Source: the human T2T-CHM13v2.0 reference genome, Homo sapiens. Taken from it: DNA of 64,000 nucleotides. The DNA lies in assembly GCF_009914755.1 (NCBI RefSeq), contig NC_060925.1; one strand, given 5' to 3'. The notes under the pieces were generated by a model. It was not told where the DNA came from and made no database searches. It was given only the letters and a program-made list of their open reading frames with translations. Shown here piece after piece: positions 45,867 to 57,412 of the stretch (positions are counted from its first letter, which is position 1; each line of letters begins with the position of its first letter). The position numbers were made by a program, and so were the translations under genes.

Positions 45867-46206
45867 CTTGAGTTCATGTCATTTGCAGGGACATGGATGA
45901 CACTGGAAACCATCATTCTCAGCAAACTAACACAAGAACAAAAAAACAAACACCGCATGTTCTCACTCATAAGTGGGAGTTGATCAATGAGAACACATGG
46001 ACACAGGGAGGGGAACATCAAACACTGGGGCTTGTCGGGGGCTGGGGGGCTGGGGGGCTAGAGGAGGGACAGCATTAGGAGAAATACCTAATGTAAATGA
46101 CGGGTTGATGGGTGCAGTAAACCACTATGGCATGTGTACACCTATGCAACAAACCTGCACATTCTGCACATGTACCCCACAACTTAAAGTATAATAAAAA
46201 AGAGAG
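45867..46206 (+). mobile_element. L1PA (~PA7-8) 3' end with 13-bp TSD
   Basis: agaaataacatcc at 45854-45866 and 46207-46219; gcattaggagaaatacctaatgta 3'UTR. Confidence 0.92.
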
Positions 46207-47644
46207 AGAAATAACATCCTTGAACTTAATACAATGTCAAGTTTCTCAATGCCAGCCAATATTATAACAGGTAAGCACAAATCAGCAAAAGCACTTCTGC
46301 AGGGACCAAAATAACACAAGCTGGGTAAAGAGCTATCTCAAGGTCTGACTGATTCCAGGAAAAAAATTTAGCATATCTAAAGCAATGAAAATCTTGCATC
46401 TTTATTTAGAAAATCTCTCACAAATTTCCCTTCCATAAAGATCACTCAACGACATCATCTAACCACCTTCCCACCCCGAGTTGTTTTCCTAATGATTCCT
46501 GAGACATTGGTCTGACAATGACAGTTCTCAAAATTCTCAGCCTCAAAACAAACAAAAACTCAATTTTCAGAAATACAAGATGCAGCATAAAAACTCATTA
46601 AATAGGGCCAACTGAAGGAAGTCTGAACTTGTGAAAATTCTGAATATTCAAAAGTTATTCCAGTCCTTTAATACAAGCAATTGGCTAAAGAAACTACTCA
46701 TTAGACTTCCTCAAAGATTTGCTTTAGTAAATGATTATTTCTAATTAGTATACTTTTCTACCATTTACTGCTGTTAAAAATTTGAAAATGGGTTGTTTTC
46801 CCAAATAGGTTAAATAGGTTAAATGCCTCTCTTGACCTCGGTCAACTTATTTATAATCTATTATTTGCCTACGCTTCATTATACCTAAGGTATTTATTCA
46901 GGCAGTGAGAGTTTACAGAAGTTAAAACATAGGGAGCCTTGGTCTTAGAATTAGTCAAGTGAAGGCTATGTCCTTCTTTTGTCTTAGTAATGTTTCCATA
47001 AATCATTAAATACAAGTTGGTGTGTAGGAAGTGTGATAATTATTCAATGCAGTTTTCATAAAGTTCAAAAAATAATATGTATTAACGTAAGACTTTCTGA
47101 GTGGTTAAGGATTGTGGAGGGGTGTATTCCAAAGCTGTGCTTTATAATTTCAAGCCTATCATACCTCATACAGTTAAGATATCCCTGGACACATCTATTT
47201 ATGATTAAACATTTTTTAAAGAGCAATAATGGTCCTCCTTTAGTCACCAATACTCTTTCAGTAAAGCAAAGGTGTTAAATCAGCAGAATCAATGTCATTG
47301 CCATGAGTAAAGAATGTGATGACATTCTTGTGCAACCAAACAAAAGTGTGATAAGAGGCTGAGATAAATAAGAAAAATGTGTTTTTCACTTTGAAAAAAA
47401 GTATTTCAAAGTGAAAGGTGCTGTTAATACTAGTTTGTGAAGCATAAATGCCCAGTAAGTAGCTTTTACCTTTTTTGTTAAATTTTATGACTTTGGATAT
47501 TTTTAAACTTGTACGTACAAATGTATATAATCATAGGCTAAGCTTAAAATAAGTTTTGACTTTCCTGTAAGGCAAATCTAGAGTAGTAATACATTTTTAA
47601 TAAAATGTAAATTTATTTATGTATATTTAATTTGGGTTTGAGAG

Positions 47645-49757
47645 TTTTTCAACATTTATTTTAGATTCAGGGGGTACATATACACATTGTTACCTGGTTA
47701 TATTGTGTAATGATAAGGTTTGGAGTACAGTTGATCCTGTCACCTAGGTACTGAGCATAGTACCCCACAGTTCATTTTTCAACCCTTTCCCCCAACCTCC
47801 CTCTCCACTCTAGCAGTCCCAGTATCAATTGTTGCCATCTTTATGTCTATTAGTACCTGTTGTTTAGCTCCCACTTATAAGCGAGAACATGTGGTATCTG
47901 ATTTTCTGATACTGCATTAATTCATTTAGGATAATGGCTTCTAACTGCATCCATGTTGCTGCAAAGGAAATGATTTTGTTCTTTTTTTGGCTATATAGTA
48001 TTCCATAGTGTATTTGTACCTTTTTTTTTTTTCATCCAATTCACTGTTGATGGGCACCTAGGTTGATTCCATGTCTTTGCTATTGTGAATAGTGCTGCAA
48101 TTAACATGCGGGTGCATGTGTCTTTCTGGTAGAATAATTTGTTTTTTGAGGATATATGCCCAGTAGTGGGATTGCTGGGTCAAGTGGTAGTTCTGTTTTA
48201 AGCTCTCTGAGAGACCTCCAAACTGCTTTCCACAGTGACTGAACTAATTTACATTCCCAACAGTGTATATATGCTTATAAGCATTCCCATTTCTCTGCAG
48301 CCTCACCCAAATATTTTTAAATTTTAATAATAGTTATTCTGACTTATATGAGATGGTATCTCGTGATTTTTGATTTGCCTTTCTCTGGTAATTAGTGATG
48401 TGGAGCATTTTTTCATGTTTTTTTTTTTTTTTTTTTTTTGCTGCTTGTATGTCTTCTTTTTTTTAATTGTATGTCTTCTTTTGAGAAATGTCCATTCATG
48501 TCTTTCTTTTGCCTATTTTTAATGGGGTTATTGGTGTTTTACTTGTTCAATTGTTTAAGTTCCTTATAGATTCTAGATATTAGACCTCTGTCAGATGCAC
48601 AGTTTGTGAATATTTTCTCCCACTCTGTAGGTTGTCTGTTTACTCTGTTGATAGTTTCTTTTGTTGTGCAAAAGCTACTCAGTTTAATTAGGTCTCACTT
48701 GCAATTTTTGCTTTTGTTGTCATTGCTTTTGAGGACTTAGTCATAAATTTTTCCCAAAGTCAATGTCCAGAATGGTGTTTCCTATGTTTTCTTCTAAGAT
48801 TCTTATAGTTTGAAGTCTTACATTTAATTCTCTGATCCATCTTGAGTTAATTTTTCCATATCAAACAAGGTAGGGGTCCAGTTTCATTCTTCTGCATATG
48901 GATAGCCAGTTATCCCAGCACCATTTATTGAGTAGAGAGTCCTTTCCCCATTGCTGATTTTGGTTTACTTTGTTGAAGGTCAGCTGGCTATAGGAATGCA
49001 GCTTTATTTCTGGGTTCTTTCTTCTGTTCCATTGGTCTATGTGTCTGTTTTTGTACCAGTACCATGCTGTTTTGCTTACTGTAGCCTTACAATATAGTTT
49101 GAAGCCAGGTAATGTGATGCTTCTGGCTTTGTTCTTTTTTCTTGGGATTACTTTGCCTATTTGGGCTCTTTATTACTTTATTACTTCCATATGAATTTTA
49201 GAATAGTTTTTTCTGATTCTGTGAAAAATGCCATTGGTAGCTTCATAGAAATAGCATTGAATCTGTAGATTGCTTTGGGGAGTTTGACCATTTTATTATT
49301 CTTCCAATCCACGATCATGGAATGTTTTTCCATTTGTTTCTGTCATCTATGATTTATTTCAGCAGCGTTTTGTAGTTTTCTTTGTAGAGACCTTTTACTT
49401 CCTTGGTTAGAGGTGAAACCAAGGGGTGTGTGTGTGTGTGTGTGTACTGTAAATTAGGCTATGTTCTTCATTTGGCTCTCAGCTTGAATATTATTGGTGT
49501 AAAGATATGGTACTGATTTTTGTACATTGATTTTGTATCCTGACACTTTACTGAAGTCATTTTTCAGTTCCAAAAGTCTTTGGCAGTCTTTAGGGATTCC
49601 TAGGAGAGATAGTTTGACTTCTTCTTTTCCTATTTGGATGCCTTTTCTTTCTTTCTCTTGCCTGATTGCTCTGGCTTGCACTTCCGGTACTGTGTTCAAC
49701 AGGAGTGGGAAGAGTGGGCATCCTTGTCTTGTTCCAGTTCTCAAGGGGGATGCTTCC
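47645..49757 (-). mobile_element. L1PA/PB (old) ORF2 and 3'UTR, with (TG)n at ~49425-49446
   Basis: Minus ORF 49454-49744 [15 protein letters not shown]...EEVKLSL (L1 RT); reverse 3'UTR at the left end. Confidence 0.92.
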
Positions 49758-50560
49758 TAAAATGTCAATTTGAAAGCCTGATTTTTGTCTTTGACTTTGA
49801 ACACTGAAAGACAATCCAGAGAACTAGCAAATTTACATTTAAAAACCTGCCTTTTAAGTTTTTAAAAACTATGAATTTAAAATTGCTTCTTTTAAAATTG
49901 GGTTTTAAATTTTTGATTCTACAAGAAAATTTTCATTCAACAAGCACTTAGGACCTGTTCTGAGTTTCTTCAGAGCCTTTCTTAAAAGATAAAGCACATA
50001 TTGAAGGTAGAGTTATTAAGAATGAGAAGGTGGAGAAAAAATAAAAATAAATAAATAAACAATGCAGCTCTCATCCAAAATCCTAATGGCCCAAAAAAGC
50101 TACAAAAAAAGATGCCTGAGAGGCCACCCCTCCTTTCATATTAAAAAGCTATAGTGATTTGTAGAGTCAGAGCTTAACAAATCACCCTATTCTTCATCCT
50201 TTCCTTCACTAAGTTGTCAGACAGATGCAGAATAGAAATCAGCAATGTGAAATTGTGGTTTCTCAACTGAATGAGGAATTTTTCACCATGACTTTAATGT
50301 TCCTCTGTCATGGGCCCTAATGGGAAACTACCAAAAGTTATAAAATTCGATTATACTATGGGAATCCACAGAAGGGGGTAAAGAGAAAGCAAAGGCAAAA
50401 AAGAAATGTCTTTATTTTGAACCCTAATCATTTATTTAAAAGCTGTGTCTCATCTAAACACAGAACAATGGGATAGGGAAAGCTCCTGCTTCCGGATCCC
50501 TTTTTCAGAAGCAGCTTCCTAGCTTCTCTCTGGAAGAAAGGAAAGATGATAGGGCTAGCC

Positions 50561-50746
50561 CATAGCTTCTCAGCCTTGGCAACATTGACAATTTGCACTA
50601 GGTAATCTTTTGTTGTGAGGAGGTACATTATAGAATGTTAGTAGCATCCCTGGTCTCTACCCACTGGATGCCACCAGCGCCACTCCAGTCATGACAATCA
50701 AAATATCTCCAGACACTGTAAAATTGCCCCTGGTTGAGAAGCATTA
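50561..50746 (-). mobile_element. MER20
   Basis: cttctcagccttggcaacattgaca...agcatccctggtctctacccact...ggttgagaa. Confidence 0.85.
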
Positions 50747-52092
50747 GGCTAGTTCCCGCACAATTTTTTTTTTTAATTTTTCTTTAGTTCTTTAAGATCC
50801 TTTCAAGTGAGGGAATGGACTGCCACAGTCAGCAACAAGATGACTGGCAAACTCTTGTCTTCTGGAAACTTTTTCCTACTATGGCATATTTTATTATTTT
50901 GTCAGAAAATCCATTTCTATACCTCTCTTAATACTCCATTTAATATTTCTTAAAGATAATACATTTAAAGACGTAAAAGAAGATAAAAGAGAAACATCCT
51001 TAGAACTAGGCAACATAAGACCATTCTACATTAATTCATCTTACCTCCATAGGAAACTGTCATAAAAAGCACCCAAAATTTAAAATAGTAAAAGAGAGGT
51101 TAAAACCCACCTCAATACACAGATAGTAACAAACAACAAGGAATAAAATCCACTATTATTCTTCCATCTTAAAAAAGCAAATCTTTTTTCAACTCCACAA
51201 CTCCCATCCCCAGCCATATCATTTCTTTGCTCCCTTTAAAGCAAAACCCTTCAAAACAGTTAACTGTGCTGTCTTTAATTTTCCTCCTCTTCATTCTCTC
51301 TTAACCCACTTCACTCAAAGCATCATTGCCACCACTTCACCTGGGCTGTCTTTGACTTTCATATTAATTAATTAAGGTCTTCAATGACTTTCATATTAAT
51401 AAATACAATGGCCATTTCTCAACCCTGATCTTACCTGACCTATGGGCAGCGTTTGACACTGTTGATTATCATTTTCCTCCTTGATACACTTTCTTCCTTG
51501 GTTCCAAGACCCCACACCCACTTCTTAGTCACCAGTTGCTCTTTCTCAATCTCCTTTACTGACTCCTCCCCTTCTCACTTATCTCTTAATAATGGAGCAG
51601 CCCTGGGGTCAGATCATTTCTCTCAATCTATACTCAATTCCCAGTGAGTCATCCAGTCTGTGATCTTAAATACCACCAATGTTCTGATGAATTCCAAATT
51701 CATATGATCAGCCCAAGCCTCTCTCCAAGACTCCAGACTTACATATCCAGCTTCCTACTTGTCATCTTCACTTGTATATCAAATAAATATTTCAAACCCA
51801 AATGTGTCCAAAACTAAACTTCTGATCCTTCCCCATAAACTTGCCCCTTCTACAATCTTCAAATAGTAGTTGATGCCAAGTCCACCTTCTCTTAGTTGTT
51901 TAGGTCAAAAACTGTGCATTAATCCATCACTCCTTTCTTTCTCTCACATGAAACATCCTGTTAGTTTTTAAAATTATATAAGTTCTACCTTAAAAATATA
52001 TTCAGTATCCTTCCATTTCTCATGTTCACCACTGCTTCTACCCTGATAGATGCCACTATCATCTCTCAACTGAATTATTTTTTATAAGCAAC

Positions 52093-53068
52093 TTTTTATT
52101 TTAAAATATTAATTGACAAATAAAGACTGTATGTATTCAAAGTGTACAACATGATGATTTGGTATATGTACACGTTGTATAATAAATAATTATTACAACC
52201 AAATTTAATAACACATCTGACATAGTTTGGGCTGTGTCCCCACCCAAATCTCATCTTGAATTGTAACTCCCATAATTCCCACATGTCATGGGAGGGACCC
52301 AGTGGGAGGTAATTGAATCATGGGGGTGGGTCTTTGCCATGCTGTTTTCATGATAGTAAGTCTCATGAGATCTGATGGTTTTATAAAGGGGAGTTCCCCT
52401 GTACATGCTATCTTGCATGCTGCCATGTAAGATGTGACTTTGTTCCTCATTCACCTTCTGCCATGATGGTGAGGCCTCACCAGCCATGTGGAACTGTGAG
52501 TCAATTAAACCTCTTTCCTTTATAAGTTACCCAATCTTGGGTATGTCTTCATTAGCAGCATGAAAACAAACTAATACAATATCCATCACTATCTATGCTG
52601 TATATTATGTCCCCAGAACTTGTCTTATAACTGTAAGTTTGTACTGTTTGACTAGTATCTCCTCACTTCTCCCACTCCCCCAGCCTTTGGCAACCACCAT
52701 TCTACTCACTGCTTCTATGAGTTCAATATTTTTGGATTCCACATATAAGTGAGATCATACAGTATTTTTCTTTTTGTGCCTGGTTGATTTCACTTAGTAT
52801 AAAGTCCTCCAGGTTTATCCATGTTGTTGTAAGTCAATAGCAAAAACAAAACAAAACAAAACAAAAAACAAAAAAAAACAAATAACCCAACTTAAAAATA
52901 GGCAAAGGAACTGAAAATATATTTTTCCAGAGAAAAAGATATGGAATCAACCTACGTGTCTATCCACAGATGAATGGATAAACAAAATGTGAGGGGTATG
53001 TGTGTGTGTGTGTGTGTGTTGTGTGTGTACACAATGGAGTATTATTCAGCCACCAGAAGAAGAAAATT
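52093..53068 (-). mobile_element. Old L1MA 3' end with 5' inversion (minus 52093-52832; inverted plus segment 52833-53068)
   Basis: Reverse 3'UTR up to ...ccaggtttatccatgttgttgt, then a sense segment ending acaatggagtattattcagcc...aagaaaatt. Confidence 0.82.
52218..52578 (+). mobile_element. THE1 (ERVL-MaLR) solo LTR
   Basis: tgacatagtttgggctgtgtccccacccaaatctcatcttgaattg...actaataca; TSD acatc/atatc. Confidence 0.93.
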
Positions 53069-53974
53069 TTTAAAGAGTTATTGCAAAAGATTCCTTACTA
53101 GTCTTCTAGTTTCTCATTACCCCTACATATTGGCTCGATATTCTCAACACAGTCGCCGTAGCAATTATTTTAAAATGTAAGTCAGATCATATTTTTCCTC
53201 TGTTCAAAATCTGAACTGGTGCCACATTTCCCCAGAGTAAAAACCAAAGTCTTAAAACTTTCTAAAAAGTTTAATATAATTTAGTCTTCCCTCATCTTTC
53301 TGACTTCATTTTCTATTTCTATCCCCCTTACTAATTCCACTTGGTCTTCTTTCTGTTAGTCAAACATACCAGGTATATTTTCACTGTAGGGTCTTTGCTC
53401 TGGCTTTTCCTTCCTTCTGGAAGTCTCCTCCCCTTCCACTGCTTCATGTCCTTCAATATTACCTCGTCAATTGGTCCTACCCTAACCACCCTATTAATAC
53501 TTGCAGCTGGCCCACCATCATCCCATGATTAGCAATCCAAATCCCCCTTACTATGCTCATTTTTTTTTCTTTCTGTCATGGCACTTTTCAATTTTTAATA
53601 TCAACAATGTATTCATGCTTATTATTCATTGTTTGTCTTCCCTATGTATAGTGTAAACCTCATGAAGAATTCATTTTGTTCCCTGATTTATCCCAAGCAT
53701 GCTTAGAATAGTGCCCAGTACATAGTAAGCGATTGATTAACACTTATTGAATGAATAGAGAACTACATGAACGAATAAAATAGATTAATATCCTACTCTC
53801 AAGTAGAAGAGACGGCAACCTTCCTTTCTTAAATCCTCTTTCTCAGTCTCCTATTTATACCTCAAAGGACTAACTGGGCTGGGAGGAGGAAGGGATTCTT
53901 TGGTAAGGAGGAATAGATAAATACAGCTGGAAAGGTTTTTATTTGAATATTTTAGGGTTTCATTTCTTTGGGTT

Positions 53975-54120
53975 TTTTCTTTTTTAATTGGCAAGTAAAA
54001 ATTTATATATTTATGGTGTGAAACCTGATGTTTTGATATATATACACATTGTGGAATGGCTAAATCAAGCTATTTAACATATTCATTACCTTACATTCTT
54101 ATTTTTGATGGTGAGAATAA
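53975..54120 (-). mobile_element. L1MA 3' end fragment
   Basis: tatatttatgg...gatgttttgatatatatacacattgtggaatggctaaatcaagcta. Confidence 0.8.
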
Positions 54121-54497
54121 AAGATTGTAGATTTTAAGAAACTTTCTATCTTCTTAGTTTGGAGGACTGTGAAATCTTGTGCTGTTGGGAGATTTTAGGG
54201 CTTTTGTATTCTCTTTATCACTCTGATTTTTGGTTCGGTAGTGCTTCAATTTGGAAAGTATCTTCTAAACTAAATGAACTAGAGGAGCCAGGAATCAGTA
54301 CTCAAAAAAGCAGAGGAGAAAGCAAGCTGCTACAAGAAACTCAAGGGAAACAAGAAAAGAGAACTTCAGGGTTTCAGCCCAATTCACTAAATAGGAAAGA
54401 GGGCTAAGATTCAAGATCAGTGTTGGAACTAGTAACAAATATTACATTTCATGATAGAGGTGCAAAAATAATGAACCACAGGTATATTCATGATCTA

Positions 54498-54801
54498 ATG
54501 TTATGTAACCTATTACCCCCAAATTTTAGTGGTTTAAGACAAGAGTAAGCATTTATTATATCTTATGGTTTCTGTGATTCAGGAATCCAGAAGCAGCTTG
54601 ATTGGATAGCTCTGGGTCGGGGCTATCATGAAATTCAGTCAGATGTTGGCTGAAGCTACAGTCATCTGAAGGCTTGACTTGGTTGCAGGGTCTGTTCCCA
54701 AGATAGATCACTCACATAACTAGCAAGTTGTTGCTATTAGCAGGAGGCCTCAGTTCTTCCCACACAGAGCTAAGATTCAAGACTTCTATGCAAGTCAAGA
54801 A

Positions 54802-54845
<44 letters not shown>

Positions 54846-55340
54846 TGAAGTCTGAATATAAATTAGGAACTGAGCTCTTCTTCTCTCTCCATAGGTATAT
54901 ACATATACATACATATACCTATATACACATAGATATCCTGGAGAATTATTTAGAGAGAGCAATATTTCTACATCAGCTCCCTAGGCCAAGTAAGGTGACC
55001 CAATGGACTTCACTTTTCTAAAAAGTGCAGTTATACTTATGTATCTTCTCTTACTATTCATCAAAATACCGACAATATTTTGGGCTGAAATGTTAATAAT
55101 ATCTGTATGAACCTCTGCTTCAAAAAATAATCCAAGGGATCCTTGAGTATTTTTAAAACATGGCATCTGGTTTCCCCAAAATGAGCAACATAAGAAAGCA
55201 AAGAATACAAAAGAACAAGGCAGAAGCCATAGTGTATGTCTTTATGATGTAGTTTTCTGCTGTACAGTACTGATCACATGGTCAGCTGTGATTCATTTTG
55301 GAAGGGGAGTATGAACAGGTGTGAATACCAGTAGGTAAGG
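54498..55340. mobile_element. MLT1 (F/G/H-like) LTR split into 54498-54770 and ~55131-55340
   Basis: ttacccccaaa...gtttctgtgattcaggaatcc...catctgaaggcttgact...ggcctcagttc | ccttgagt...catggcatctgg...gtgtgaataccag. Confidence 0.75.
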
Positions 55341-55631
55341 ATTCCTAGAGATGTTATCAACATCTCAGCCCGAAATATTGTCGATATTTTGGTGAATATT
55401 AAGAGAAGATACATAAGTGTAACTGGACTTTTTAGAAAAGTGAAGTCCATTGGGTCACCTTACTTGGCCTAGGGAGCTGATGTAAAAATACTACTCTCTT
55501 TAAATAATCCCCCAGGATATCTATATATATACACACACACACACGGAGAGGAAGTGCTCAGTTCCTAATTTATATTCAGACTTCACTATATATATGTGTG
55601 TGTGTGTGTGTATTTCTTGAGTTGTATAGAA
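54784..55631. repeat. Inverted repeat, arms 54784-55113 and 55339-55631, spacer ~225 bp
   Basis: The arms are reverse complements apart from scattered substitutions and microsatellite length; 58-bp perfect core at 54969-55026 vs 55427-55484. Confidence 0.95.
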
Positions 55632-56738
55632 TACGTACTTATGAATAACAAACTTGACCAATTTTCCTACAGACATAGACTTCTTGCATTTAGCAGTATC
55701 ACTCACCTCTTACTCCATCATTTCTTCAATAACTCCATCAACACTGAACCTTCTAACTCTAACATGCTACGATTCACTACTGTGAAAAAAAAGCTGATGT
55801 CATAAACACATTGTGTTCCAGTATCACTAAGGGCCATACCCCATTCTTAGGTAATCCCTGAGGTCCTACTAGCCTTGCTAGCCTCAAAGGAGTCACTTGG
55901 AGTATAAAGAGGGGGAGGAGACTGAACAAAGTCCTGGAGCTATAGTATATTTTTTCATTGTTAATCCTTGGCAAAGAAGTAGGTAGTTTGGAGGTGGAAG
56001 TAGGCCATGATTACCTTTAAAATAATCTACTATTATTTGTGTCTTTCCTGAATATCATAGCACCTTCTTGTCACAAATGCTTAGGGGAAAGAAAATCATC
56101 CAATATACCCCATATCCCACTTACCAACATCTCTACAGTAAAATGAGACCCAAGAGCATGATTTCCTTAACTAGCTATCAAGCAACTACCTCCAACAAAC
56201 AGCAGTTATCATTAATATGTTCATGCTATTTTCATTTGTGAGGTCTGTAATCCATCAGAACAACCTGACAGTGATTAAGTAAAATCAAAGAGACTTTGTA
56301 AACATCTGTGTGCTTTTATTGTTACAAATGCTTCATTATAAAAAGATCAGTCAAAAGCATAAAAGTACCCTGGTTTAAACTTTTTCTGTGTTTGAATGAG
56401 AATGTTTCTCTTGGAACATGCTCATATCAGGCTTCCACTTGGCAAAATCACGAATTGGCTGATGTTGTTTTAGAGGCTTTCTCATGTCCCCTTCCAAACA
56501 TCACTCTTCTCCTTCTGTGGACCCCTTTCTGTTATCTAGGAGCCCCTCATGCTGCCTTCCACATTCTGCCTACTGCACAGTCATGTTCTGGACCCCTCAG
56601 AATCCCCCTCTACCATTACAATATGTTTTTCCTAAGACTTACTTGCATTGAAAGGCTTGCCAGGGAAGTGACTAATCTTATCATCTTGTACTAAATGTTA
56701 AATTAATCCTCATTCTCTCTAGAATTGTTTTCTAAGCA

Positions 56739-56926
56739 GGGATTCCTAGAGATGCTATCAATATCTCAGCCTGAAATTGCATAGGTATTCTGGTGAATAG
56801 CAAGAGAAAATAACGTGAGTATAACTGGACCTTTTAGAAAAGTGAAGTCTATTAGGTCACCTTAGTTGGCCTAGGGAGTTGATGTAGGAATGCTCCTCTC
56901 CCTGAAATAATCTTCCAGGAGAGGAA
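56739..56926 (+). repeat. Third, more diverged copy of the same unit (direct repeat of 55339-~55545)
   Basis: ggattcctagagatgctatcaatatctcagcc...ttttagaaaagtgaagtctattaggtcaccttagttggcctagggagttgatgta aligns with ggattcctagagatgttatcaacatctcagcc... at 55339. Confidence 0.9.
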
Positions 56927-56949
56927 TGTATCCCCAAATAGCAAGTGAA

Positions 56950-57412
56950 TATCCAATGGCTTCTCATTGCACTTAAACTCTATATTCCTTTTTATGACCA
57001 AAAAGGCCTGGCTTCTCCCTAACTGTCTCTTCCTTACACATTACACCTCTTCCTTTTGTATGTGAATGTGCCAAGCTACCACCTCATTTCTACCTTAAGG
57101 CCTGAAGTGTTATGTTCCAGTTCTTGGCATGCAAATTACTCTTCATCACTTGTTTCCCGACACAAATGCCACCTTTCCAGACAATCTAAAGTAACCTCAA
57201 AATCATTTGCTCGCACATCACTTTGTTTTATTTCTCCTGGTATTAATCACTATGTGAAATTTTCTGGTTCATATTATTTGTCACCTGCTTCTTCCAGGCC
57301 TCCTCTTACTTCATTGTCTATCATGTTCATTACCGTATCCCTAGTGTTTTGCACAGAATCTGGTACATATTCAGTGCTCAATAAATATGTGCTAAATGAA
57401 TAAATGAATAAA
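56950..57412 (+). mobile_element. L2 3' portion
   Basis: ccaatggcttctcattgcactta...gtgctcaataaatatgtgctaaatgaataaatgaat. Confidence 0.75.

Larger units (their letters stand above)
51170..53760 (+). mobile_element. L2 (51170-52078 and ~53075-53760), interrupted by L1MA and THE1
   Basis: L2 motifs ...atcatctctcaactgaattat | ttattgcaaaagattcc..., ending ttattgaatgaat. Confidence 0.8.

Noticed and set aside
54784-56926. Interpretation of the triplicated unit as a CRISPR-like array or a MITE
   Set aside because: Eukaryotic context, no regular repeat-spacer period, no TSD, and the spacer is MLT1 sequence continuous with the left flank.
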